This document shows, piece by piece, positions 28,926 to 37,122 of a stretch of DNA of 64,000 nt. The DNA comes from a virus (Duplodnaviria; Caudoviricetes): the IMG/VR virus record IMGVR_UViG_3300030098_005649, one strand, 5' to 3'. Position 1 is the stretch's first letter. Each line of letters opens with the position of its first letter. The position numbers were made by a program, and so were the translations under genes. The notes beneath the pieces are model-generated. The model saw nothing but the letters and a program-made list of their open reading frames with translations. It had not been told where the DNA came from and did not search any database.

Positions 28926-29602
28926 TGAGTGATGGTGTCAAATTAGGACAATTGTTATGTGATGCTGATATCATCACAAAGAGACAATTGAGTAAAGCCT
29001 TACAAGAACAAGTCAAAGGTCGTAAAGGGACTATTGGTGAAATTCTTGTAGATATGGGTTTTTGCTCATTTGATGACATTACAGATGCCTTGATGAACTC
29101 TTCAACAGATACTAAACAACACGAAGAGAAACACGAGGAGATTCATAAAGAACCAATTCAACCTGAAATGGTTACAGGACTTCCACCAAATAAACCTGAA
29201 CCTGTAAGAGAAGAACCAAAGGAAGAAGAACCAATAGAAGTATCCGAAGAAAAGATTATGGGTACAAAGTTCACTATGTCTTTACAAACATTAGGAGCTT
29301 TAGTTGCTTTATTGGCAAGTGGTATCGGTGGATACTATATGTTACTACAAGAAATAGAAGAAGCTAAAAATTTACCAGAACCACCATCTATTGAATCTAT
29401 ATTTGGTGATGAGTATCCATCTAAACCTGATGGACATAACTGGCCTCGTTCCTACGAACAATATAAAACACAGGTCGGTGGTCTTCAAAAAGATATGGAC
29501 GAAGTATATGAATACATTGAGGAGTTTGAAGAAAAAATAGAAGATTTAGAAAAATTAGTATCCAACCTTAGAGTTGAAGTTGCTAAAAAGAAAGATAAAT
29601 AG
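28925..29602 (+). CDS. MshEN-like domain + Pro/Glu linker + TM helix + coiled coil
   Basis: KLGQLLCDADIITKRQLSKALQEQ...TIGEILVDMGFCSFDDITDAL tandem motif; TM LGALVALLASGIGGYYMLL; heptad C-terminus; GTG start. Confidence 0.65.
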   Translation: MSDGVKLGQLLCDADIITKRQLSKALQEQVKGRKGTIGEILVDMGFCSFDDITDALMNSSTDTKQHEEKHEEIHKEPIQPEMVTGLPPNKPEPVREEPKEEEPIEVSEEKIMGTKFTMSLQTLGALVALLASGIGGYYMLLQEIEEAKNLPEPPSIESIFGDEYPSKPDGHNWPRSYEQYKTQVGGLQKDMDEVYEYIEEFEEKIEDLEKLVSNLRVEVAKKKDK

Positions 29603-29611
29603 GAGTTATTT

Positions 29612-29986
29612 ATGAGATACTTATTGGGATTGTTACTACTTCTTTCTGTTACTTTAGGTCAAGTAAATGATAAGAATTTCAAAGAAACAATAAATGGTGG
29701 ATTGGTCGTAGTGGTAGTGACAGCAGAATGGCAAGAACAAGACTTTGATAAGGACATCCTAAAAGGTGTCAAGGGATATCAAGATTGTGAAATAGTTACT
29801 GTAAAAAGTGAGGACGCACCAAAGGTTGTCAAGAAACTTCGGTTCAGAAACTTTCCATCATTAGCTTTATTTTACGATGGCTCTAAAAAAGAAACTTGGA
29901 AGGCTGATATGGATGGTGAATTGGATATTGACAATAAAGATATAAAAGGTGCCATTGATGATGTATTAGCGGAGGATGTATTCTAA
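29612..29986 (+). CDS. Secreted thioredoxin-fold protein lacking CxxC
   Basis: Signal peptide; VVVVVTAEW replaces WCxxC; cis-Pro loop NFPSLALFYDG retained. Confidence 0.7.
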   Translation: MRYLLGLLLLLSVTLGQVNDKNFKETINGGLVVVVVTAEWQEQDFDKDILKGVKGYQDCEIVTVKSEDAPKVVKKLRFRNFPSLALFYDGSKKETWKADMDGELDIDNKDIKGAIDDVLAEDVF

Positions 29987-30330
29987 TGAATAAAAAAACT
30001 AAATTAGCTCTCGAAATAATAAAAGATAATATATGTATTCATTGTGGTGAACTAACAAATGAAGATTTGAGAAAATGGTTCAAAGACAAATGGGTAAACA
30101 TTGGTAAGAAAGATAAAAGTGGTAAACACCCACCTTGTGGAACAAGTGGTAAGAAACGAGGATATGCAAAATGTGTACCTGCTAAGAAAGCTGCAAGTAT
30201 GACGAAAAAACAAAAGGCAAGTGCAACAAGACGGAAGAGAGCGGCACAAAATAAAGCTGGTAGAGGTGGTTCTCAATCAAGAGGTCAAGGTAAGAAACCA
30301 ATAATGGTAAAAACAAAGGCCAAAAAGTAA
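29986..30330 (+). CDS. Basic hypothetical protein (T4-like phage module)
   Basis: NEDLRKWFKDKWV...PCG...KCVP module, very Lys/Arg-rich. Confidence 0.65.
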   Translation: MNKKTKLALEIIKDNICIHCGELTNEDLRKWFKDKWVNIGKKDKSGKHPPCGTSGKKRGYAKCVPAKKAASMTKKQKASATRRKRAAQNKAGRGGSQSRGQGKKPIMVKTKAKK

Positions 30331-31184
30331 TGTATGAAGTAATAAAAAAAGTTGGTAACAAATATGTACTCTACCCAAAGAAAGGTGGGAAAAGATTAGG
30401 TACACACAATACCAAAAAGGCTGCAAGAAACCAAGAAAAGGCTGTAAAGGCTAGTAAGTATGAACATATAGTCGTAGAGAAAACTGGATGTGATTGTATG
30501 TATGTTAGTGTCTATGAAAGAGTTGATGAAAATCAATGGAGTAAAAAATATAAAAAGAAAATTAGTTGTTCCAATCCAAAAGGATTTAGTCAGAAAGCAC
30601 ATTGTGCTGGTAGAAAGGCAAGACAACGAGGTGAGAAAACTATTTCAAAATCAGTAAGTGAAGGAATAAAATATCATTTAGAAAATAAAATTCCATTCCA
30701 CGATAATATATACAGAATGTATAGTGAAAATTACTTCAGATTTTTCAACGAGTCAAGAAAAATTTATAAAAAAGGTAAGTTAGAAAATCTACATTGGTTT
30801 GATGAAGAGTTACTAAAAACTGATTTAGGTAAGGTTGGTATCTACGAGGGTAAAAGAGTACCATTAGATATTCCTATGAAAGAAGCTGAATATCGAGGTC
30901 GTAAAGTAAATCTGAACAAACCAATGAGACAATCAAGTGGTAAAAAATTTAAAGTTTATGTAAAAGACCCAAAGAGTGGTAATGTTAGAAAAGTAAGTTT
31001 TGGTGCATCTGGAGGTGGTGGTTCTTTATCAGTAAAACTCAAAGACCCAAAAGCTAAAAAGGCATTCAAAGACAGACATAATTGTGAACAAAAAAAGGAC
31101 AAAACAAAAGCTGGATATTGGGCCTGTAGGTTACCACGATATGCAAAATCACTTGGATTGAGTGGTGGGGGACAATGGTGGTAA
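30330..31184 (+). CDS. Basic multi-module hypothetical protein
   Basis: Concatenated modules NQWSKKYKK..CSNPKGFSQKAHC, GIKYHL.., AEYRGRKVNLNKP..YWAC. Confidence 0.65.
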   Translation: MYEVIKKVGNKYVLYPKKGGKRLGTHNTKKAARNQEKAVKASKYEHIVVEKTGCDCMYVSVYERVDENQWSKKYKKKISCSNPKGFSQKAHCAGRKARQRGEKTISKSVSEGIKYHLENKIPFHDNIYRMYSENYFRFFNESRKIYKKGKLENLHWFDEELLKTDLGKVGIYEGKRVPLDIPMKEAEYRGRKVNLNKPMRQSSGKKFKVYVKDPKSGNVRKVSFGASGGGGSLSVKLKDPKAKKAFKDRHNCEQKKDKTKAGYWACRLPRYAKSLGLSGGGQWW

Positions 31185-31453
31185 GTCCGTATAAAGAATA
31201 TCCAACATCAAATGGATTTATACGAATGTTTGAACCAAATGTAAATGAATCTGAATTGGTTTGGCATAGAGACAAAAAAGATAGAAAAGTTTCGGTAGTA
31301 AAAGGTAAAGGTTGGAAATTCCAAATGGATAATGAACTACCAGTAGATTTGAAAATCGGAGATGTATTTGAAATAAAGAAAAATATATTTCATAGATTAC
31401 ATCAAGGTAAAGATAGACTTATATTACATATAAAGGAGTACGATGGAAGTTAA
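31175..31453 (+). CDS. Small cupin-fold protein
   Basis: LVWHRD...W.FQMD..P..L..GD.F.I....FHRL two-His cupin pattern. Confidence 0.6.
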   Translation: MVVSPYKEYPTSNGFIRMFEPNVNESELVWHRDKKDRKVSVVKGKGWKFQMDNELPVDLKIGDVFEIKKNIFHRLHQGKDRLILHIKEYDGS

Positions 31454-31757
31454 GAATATGATGACCAAAGACCCTCGTCTAAATCAAAAACATTTTATCA
31501 ATACTAAATTAGTAGAGATAATGGAATACAGACAATCACGGAAGTGGTATGTGAGTATTGCTGTTGTGGGATTGTTTTCCTTTATATTAGCACTTATGAT
31601 TTTCTTTATGGCTCAAGGTAAGGATGTTACTGAGGGATGGAAAGAAATTTTATTATTGATGTTAGGTGGATTTGTAGGTTCGTTTGCTAAAGTCATTGAC
31701 TTTTGGTTCAACAACCAAGAGAATGATAACAAGTTATTAGAACACGCAGATGACTAA
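31443..31757 (+). CDS. Two-TM membrane protein, holin candidate
   Basis: Two hydrophobic helices; LMLGGFVGSFAKVIDFWF motif. Confidence 0.5.
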   Translation: MEVKNMMTKDPRLNQKHFINTKLVEIMEYRQSRKWYVSIAVVGLFSFILALMIFFMAQGKDVTEGWKEILLLMLGGFVGSFAKVIDFWFNNQENDNKLLEHADD

Positions 31758-31893
31758 ACATCTAAAAGAATCTAAAATGGGATATTGGGAACATTGGTAT
31801 CGTGCAATAAAACTAAGTGGGGCATTATTTATACACGCTTGGTTACCTGATGTACTTACCACATATGCAAGTGAGACACTAAAAGATGACTAA
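31750..31893 (+). CDS. 47-aa small protein MTKHLKESKMGYWEHWYRAIKLSGALFIHAWLPDVLTTYASETLKDD (DUF6356-like), absent from the ORF track
   Basis: Overlaps both neighbours by 8 nt; HL....Y.EH......ALF.HA.LP.....AS pattern. Confidence 0.65.
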   Translation: MTKHLKESKMGYWEHWYRAIKLSGALFIHAWLPDVLTTYASETLKDD

Positions 31894-32263
31894 AAGAATA
31901 ATGGAAAGAATTGACTACCTTGATGTGGCCCAACAATTCGTAAAAAAATATAAACTAAAATCTAAAGTAGTATTTGTGAACACAAAAGACTATGGTGATT
32001 ATGTTGTAGAGACAGACGAAATACAATTACGAAGAAGTTATCCAAGTGTCAAAGAATTTTTGATGACCGTATTACACGAAATACATCACGCACTAATGGC
32101 ACAAAGACACGGAAAAAGAAAGTTTTTAAAAATGTACAACCAAGCTGGTACTATGGCAGCTTATAGAGGATTGAACCCACACGATGATAACAAGTGGGAA
32201 GAGAAGGCTGAGTCATTTGCACGAAATGAGTTAAAGAAATATCAGTCTTTTCTAAAAAAGTAG
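31886..32263 (+). CDS. HExxH zinc metallopeptidase-like protein (ImmA/IrrE/SprT-like)
   Basis: TVLHEIHHAL followed by WEEKAESFA (third Glu ligand pattern). Confidence 0.65.
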   Translation: MTKRIMERIDYLDVAQQFVKKYKLKSKVVFVNTKDYGDYVVETDEIQLRRSYPSVKEFLMTVLHEIHHALMAQRHGKRKFLKMYNQAGTMAAYRGLNPHDDNKWEEKAESFARNELKKYQSFLKK

Positions 32264-32360
32264 ACTACTTATATATATACAAATATTTGTTACTTTGAAA
32301 GAAATGGTTATGTTCTGAACAATATAACTACGCTCTGATTGAAAATTGCCAATTAACTGT

Positions 32361-32418
32361 TTAAGCTTAATGCATTTAGCAACTTAGCAGTTTAGCACTT
32401 AGCAACTTAAGATCTTAA
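32361..32418. repeat. Four TTAGCA direct repeats at 7-8 nt spacing, flanked by palindromes; putative origin or protein-binding site
   Basis: TTAGCA at 32376, 32384, 32392, 32399; palindromes TTAAGCTTAA (32361-70), AATGCATT (32369-76), TTAAGATCTTAA (32407-18). Confidence 0.7.
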
Positions 32419-32448
32419 ATCAAAGTAACAAATCAATATCGAGGATAA

Positions 32449-32793
32449 ATGAGTACACCAAGAAGTCGAAAATCTAAAGGACGAAGATTACAAAACAAAG
32501 TAAGAGATACTCTGTATGAAAATTTCAAGAGTAGAGGTTTAGAACAAGATGACATCCGTTCTGCAATAATGGGTGAATCGGGTGAAGATATAAAATTATC
32601 ACCTGCAGCTCGTAAAGAAATCCCTTATTCCTTTGAATGTAAAAATCAAGAATCTATAAATATATGGAAATCATTAGAACAGGCTAAAGAAAATTCTAAT
32701 GGTTACACTCCTTGCTTGATATTTAAAAGAAATAGAAGTAAAATATACGCAGTTTTAGAATTAGAGGATTTTGTAAATCTTATAAAAAAATAA
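32449..32793 (+). CDS. Holliday-junction resolvase-like PD-(D/E)xK nuclease
   Basis: KSKGRRLQ..., GESGED, YSFECKNQE. Confidence 0.75.
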   Translation: MSTPRSRKSKGRRLQNKVRDTLYENFKSRGLEQDDIRSAIMGESGEDIKLSPAARKEIPYSFECKNQESINIWKSLEQAKENSNGYTPCLIFKRNRSKIYAVLELEDFVNLIKK

Positions 32794-33720
32794 ATGAATC
32801 AGTTATTATTATCGTTCCTAAATAAAGTGATAGGTAATAATGGTAGACCACTAAAGAAACAAAATGAATATATGTTTTGGTCACCATTTGTATCACATCA
32901 TAAACCTAAATTACAAATAAACATAGTTACTCAGAAGTGGCATTGTTGGGTTAGTAATGAGGGTGGTCGTAACTTTTATCAATTACTAAAAAAGTTAAAT
33001 TCATCAAGAGGTTATTATAAAGAGTTATCCGAAATACTCGATGATGATTTTTATACCTATTCAGACGAAAAACCACAAACCGAAGAAGTACTAACTTTAC
33101 CAAAAGAATATAAAACCATTTGGCCTAACTTTATTGATAACATTTTAGGTAATAAGATTTACCGATATCTACAAAGTAGGGGAGTTGAGGCTGAAGAAGT
33201 ACTGAGATATAGAATTGGATTTTGTCAAGGTGGATTGTATGATAATCGTATAATAATTCCAAGTTATGATTCAGATGGTAAACTAAATTATTTTGTAGGT
33301 AGAGACATTGATAATTCTAAACTAAAATATAAAAATCCACCTGTATCCAAAGATGTGATTGGATTTGAATTATTTATAAATTGGGATTTACCAATTGTAT
33401 TATGTGAGGGTGTATTTGATGCAATTGCAATCAAGAGGAATGCAATACCTTTATTTGGTAAAACTATACCAAGAAAATTACTAAAGAAAATAATAGAAAA
33501 TGGTGTTAGTAAAATAACAATAGTATTAGATAGTGATGCAACTATAGATTTGGTAAAACTAACACAGAAACTAAAATCCTATGGAGTGGAATGTAATATA
33601 GTACCATTGAAAAATGGTGACCCAAGTGAAATTGGTTTTGAAAAAATTACAAGGAAAATAATGAACTCATCTTCTCTAAAGTTTATAGATGAAGTAAAAT
33701 TCAAAATGGATTCAATATGA
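32794..33720 (+). CDS. DNA primase (Toprim, gp61/DnaG-like)
   Basis: WHCWVS, NRIIIP, LCEGVFDAIAI, LDSDA Toprim motifs. Confidence 0.88.
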   Translation: MNQLLLSFLNKVIGNNGRPLKKQNEYMFWSPFVSHHKPKLQINIVTQKWHCWVSNEGGRNFYQLLKKLNSSRGYYKELSEILDDDFYTYSDEKPQTEEVLTLPKEYKTIWPNFIDNILGNKIYRYLQSRGVEAEEVLRYRIGFCQGGLYDNRIIIPSYDSDGKLNYFVGRDIDNSKLKYKNPPVSKDVIGFELFINWDLPIVLCEGVFDAIAIKRNAIPLFGKTIPRKLLKKIIENGVSKITIVLDSDATIDLVKLTQKLKSYGVECNIVPLKNGDPSEIGFEKITRKIMNSSSLKFIDEVKFKMDSI

Positions 33721-36700
33721 TAAATAAAAAAGTAAAAGTACCTTTTCGTAAACTAAAACATATACATCATATTTCAGATATACAAATTAGAAATCTGAAA
33801 AGACATAAAGAGTATAATGAAGTATTTGAAAGGACATATGAAGAAATAAGAAAAAATAAAGACAATTCAGTTGTTTATATTGGTGGTGATATAGCTCACT
33901 CAAAAACCGATATGAGTCCTGAGTTGATACAAATGTTATCGGACTTATTTGTAAATCTGGCAGACATATGTCCTACAATTTTGATTGCAGGTAATCACGA
34001 TTGTAATCTAAATAATCGTTCTCGATTGGATGTACTTTCCCCAATAGTAAATAATTTACAACATCCTAATTTACATTATTTCAAAAATACTGGTGTGTAT
34101 AAAGTTGCTGATGTATCTTTTGTGGTATGGGATTGTTGGGATGATGAAAAAGATTTTATACTTGCTAAAGATGTAGAGGGTGATACTAAAGTAGTACTAT
34201 TTCACGGAACTGTAGATAGTTCAAAAACCGATTTGGGTTATCACTTACCATCCGATGTGAAAATATCTAAATTCAAAGGATATGATTTAGGATTACTTGG
34301 TGATATACATAAACGACAATTTCTAAATCGAAAGAAAACAATTGGTTATTGTGGTTCATTGGTACAACAGAATCACGGAGAGGGATTGAGTCACGGATAT
34401 TTACTATGGGATGTACCAAAGAGAAAATCCAAATACATAGAAATACCAAATGACTATGGTTATTATACATTGGATATTGAGAATGGTAATGTTCCAAAGG
34501 TAGATGATATGCCAAAGAAAGCAAGATTGAGATTGAGAGTGTCTGATACCACTCCATCTGATTTGAAAAAGGCACTCACATACATACATTCCGAATATGG
34601 TGTACACGAAATCACGATAAACAAAGTTGGTGGTATAACTACTGAAAAGGTAAGAGGTCAAACTATCGAGGTTGGTGATATTGGTGATACTGATTATCAG
34701 TTCTCATTGATTTCAGAGTATCTTGAACAGAACTATGCTATGGACGAAGAAACCTTGTTGAGAGTAAAGAAGATAAATGAGGAAATAAACTCACAAATAC
34801 CAGAAGAACAATATCAAAGAAATGTAAATTATAAATTGAAGACATTTGAATTTGATAATATGTTTAGTTATGGAGAAGGTAACAAAGTTGATTTTACAAA
34901 ACTAAATGGTATTGTGGGATTGTTTGCAAGTAATGCAAGTGGTAAGTCTTCATTATTAGATGCTTTATCTTTCTGTTTATTTGATACATCATCAAAAGCA
35001 TTCAAAGCGGATTCGGTATTGAATACAAGAAAAGATACATTTCATTGTAAGGTAAATTTTGAGATTGATGGTCAAGATTATTTTATTGAGAGAACAGCTA
35101 AAACTGGATACAAAGGGCATGTCAAGGTAGATGTAAACTTTTGGACTATCGATGATTCAGATGAAATAGTTAGTTTGAATGGAGACCAAAGAAGAACAAC
35201 AAATGTAAATATTAGAAAAGTTATTGGTACATATGAAGACTTTGTATTGACTGCAATGTCATTACAAAATAACTTTACTGTTTTTATTGATAAGACTCAA
35301 AAAGAAAGAAAAGACTTATTGGCTCAATTTATGGGTATTAGTATTTTTGATAAATTGTATGTCAAGGCTTCTGAGGAATCTCAAGATGTAAGAGTATTGT
35401 TGAAAAACTTTAAACAGACAGATTATGAAATAGAACTAAATAGAATAAAAGACGATTATAAAATATTCAACAAAACTTTGAAAGAGTTAAAATCTGAAAG
35501 AGAAGAACTGAAAGTATCTAAAGATAAAATAGATACTAAGATAAAAACATTGATGAAAGATATACAGAAAGTAGATACTAATGCTGTGGATATAGATTCA
35601 TTGAAAGAAGAAAAACAGAAGTTGGTTGAGTATGTAGACACATCAATCGATACTGTTACTGAATTTCAAGGTTCATTATCATTACTTTCATCAACAGAAA
35701 AACAATTACAGACTCAAATTCTCATATATAATAAAGAGAAGACTAATGAGAATTATGCAAAACTAATAAAACTTGAAGAAGATAAGTCAGGTCTAAAAGT
35801 AGAGATTGATAAACTAAAAATTGAAGTTAGAAATAAACTTGATAAATTAGAAAAATTGGGTGACTTGGAATATGATTCCGAATGTTCTTATTGTATGAGT
35901 AATCCATTTACCTTAGATGCAATTGAAACAAAAGATAAACTACAATCAGACAGAGAAAGAGCTGGTGAATTGGTAAAGTCAATTGATAGTGTAGATGACC
36001 AACTTGTAAAGTCTTCTATTTTTAGAAATAAGAAAGACGAATTAGAATCTAAGATAATAGAACTTGAGGGTGTACGAAATGAAATTGAAAAATCAAGAAA
36101 CTCTTCCGAATTGTTAGAAGAAAGAATTGAGAATTCAAAGGAAAGAATTAGTTCTGTTGAATCAAAGATAAGTCAATACTATATACAAAAAGAAACAATA
36201 GAATCTAATAAAAAGATTGAAGACCAAGTAGACCAATATACTACTGAGTTGGATAATCAAGTATATCAACTTGATATGTTAGACCAAAAGATTACAGACT
36301 TGAGTGGACAAATACAAGTTCTAAAATCTCGTAAGAAAGAAATACTCAACAATATAAAGAAAGTAGAAGAACTTGAAGACAAGTATCAGGCATACGAATA
36401 CTATCTTGATTCTGTGAAAAGAGATGGTGTACCATATGAGTTGATTTCAAAATCACTACCAACTATCGAGGGTGCTGTAAATGAGATATTAGCACAGATA
36501 GTTGATTTCTCAATTATATTTGAGATGGATGGTAAGAATATAAATAACTATATCGTATATGATGATGATAGAGTATGGCCATTAGAGTTGTCGAGTGGTA
36601 TGGAAAAGTTTTTGAGTTCATTGTCAATGAGAGTTGGACTAATGAGTGTTTCTAATCTACCTATGTGTAACTTTTTGGCAATCGATGAGGGTTGGGGAAC

Positions 36701-36863
36701 TATGGATTCAGATAATCTAAACTCAGTTTATAATCTGTTTCAATATCTCAAAACTCAGTTTCAGTTTACTTTGATAGTATCCCACATAGATACGATGAGA
36801 GATGCAGTTGATACTTTATTGGAAATCAAAAAAGAAGAAGGATTTAGTTCCGTAAAAAATTAA
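33717..36863 (+). CDS. Fused Mre11/SbcD nuclease - Rad50/SbcC ATPase (gp47-gp46 fusion)
   Basis: HISDIQ, GGDIAH, AGNHD, LGDIH; Walker A SNASGKSS, CSYC zinc hook, LSSGME signature, Walker B IDEG, SH; one 1048-aa ORF. Confidence 0.9.
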   Translation: MINKKVKVPFRKLKHIHHISDIQIRNLKRHKEYNEVFERTYEEIRKNKDNSVVYIGGDIAHSKTDMSPELIQMLSDLFVNLADICPTILIAGNHDCNLNNRSRLDVLSPIVNNLQHPNLHYFKNTGVYKVADVSFVVWDCWDDEKDFILAKDVEGDTKVVLFHGTVDSSKTDLGYHLPSDVKISKFKGYDLGLLGDIHKRQFLNRKKTIGYCGSLVQQNHGEGLSHGYLLWDVPKRKSKYIEIPNDYGYYTLDIENGNVPKVDDMPKKARLRLRVSDTTPSDLKKALTYIHSEYGVHEITINKVGGITTEKVRGQTIEVGDIGDTDYQFSLISEYLEQNYAMDEETLLRVKKINEEINSQIPEEQYQRNVNYKLKTFEFDNMFSYGEGNKVDFTKLNGIVGLFASNASGKSSLLDALSFCLFDTSSKAFKADSVLNTRKDTFHCKVNFEIDGQDYFIERTAKTGYKGHVKVDVNFWTIDDSDEIVSLNGDQRRTTNVNIRKVIGTYEDFVLTAMSLQNNFTVFIDKTQKERKDLLAQFMGISIFDKLYVKASEESQDVRVLLKNFKQTDYEIELNRIKDDYKIFNKTLKELKSEREELKVSKDKIDTKIKTLMKDIQKVDTNAVDIDSLKEEKQKLVEYVDTSIDTVTEFQGSLSLLSSTEKQLQTQILIYNKEKTNENYAKLIKLEEDKSGLKVEIDKLKIEVRNKLDKLEKLGDLEYDSECSYCMSNPFTLDAIETKDKLQSDRERAGELVKSIDSVDDQLVKSSIFRNKKDELESKIIELEGVRNEIEKSRNSSELLEERIENSKERISSVESKISQYYIQKETIESNKKIEDQVDQYTTELDNQVYQLDMLDQKITDLSGQIQVLKSRKKEILNNIKKVEELEDKYQAYEYYLDSVKRDGVPYELISKSLPTIEGAVNEILAQIVDFSIIFEMDGKNINNYIVYDDDRVWPLELSSGMEKFLSSLSMRVGLMSVSNLPMCNFLAIDEGWGTMDSDNLNSVYNLFQYLKTQFQFTLIVSHIDTMRDAVDTLLEIKKEEGFSSVKN

Positions 36864-37055
36864 CTACAATCTTTGCGGATTTTTCCCAGAATCCGTTTGT
36901 GAAGTAAAAGTCTTCAATGTAACATCGTGCTGTTTCTTGTGTTCGTATAACAAACCAGTAATTACAGACGACATATTTGTATAATTGTCTTTTGACCAGT
37001 CTCTTAACCAAGAAACAAGGTCAGGAGGTAGTGTAAATGTATATCGGTATTTCAT
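36864..37055 (-). CDS. Ribbon-helix-helix (CopG/Arc-like) DNA-binding protein, 63 aa
   Basis: MKYRYTFTLPPDLVSWLRDWSKDNYTNMSSVITGLL matches the beta-strand + two-helix pattern; ATACTTAT motif upstream on the minus strand (37085-92). Confidence 0.65.
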   Translation of the reverse strand: MKYRYTFTLPPDLVSWLRDWSKDNYTNMSSVITGLLYEHKKQHDVTLKTFTSQTDSGKNPQRL

Positions 37056-37110
37056 ATGTACTTTCTCTATATGTTGTTCATACAATAAGTATCCATAATT
37101 TAAGTTTTAG

Positions 37111-37118
37111 ATATTTAT
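37111..37118 (+). promoter_or_regulatory. Putative late promoter ATATTTAT
   Basis: 4 nt before ATG 37123; no SD between. Confidence 0.5.
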
Positions 37119-37122
37119 CAAT

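Noticed and set aside
7000-32000. Impression of TTAA depletion (restriction-site avoidance)
   Set aside because: Not quantifiable by eye and TTAA is common in the capsid gene; needs a Markov-model k-mer test.
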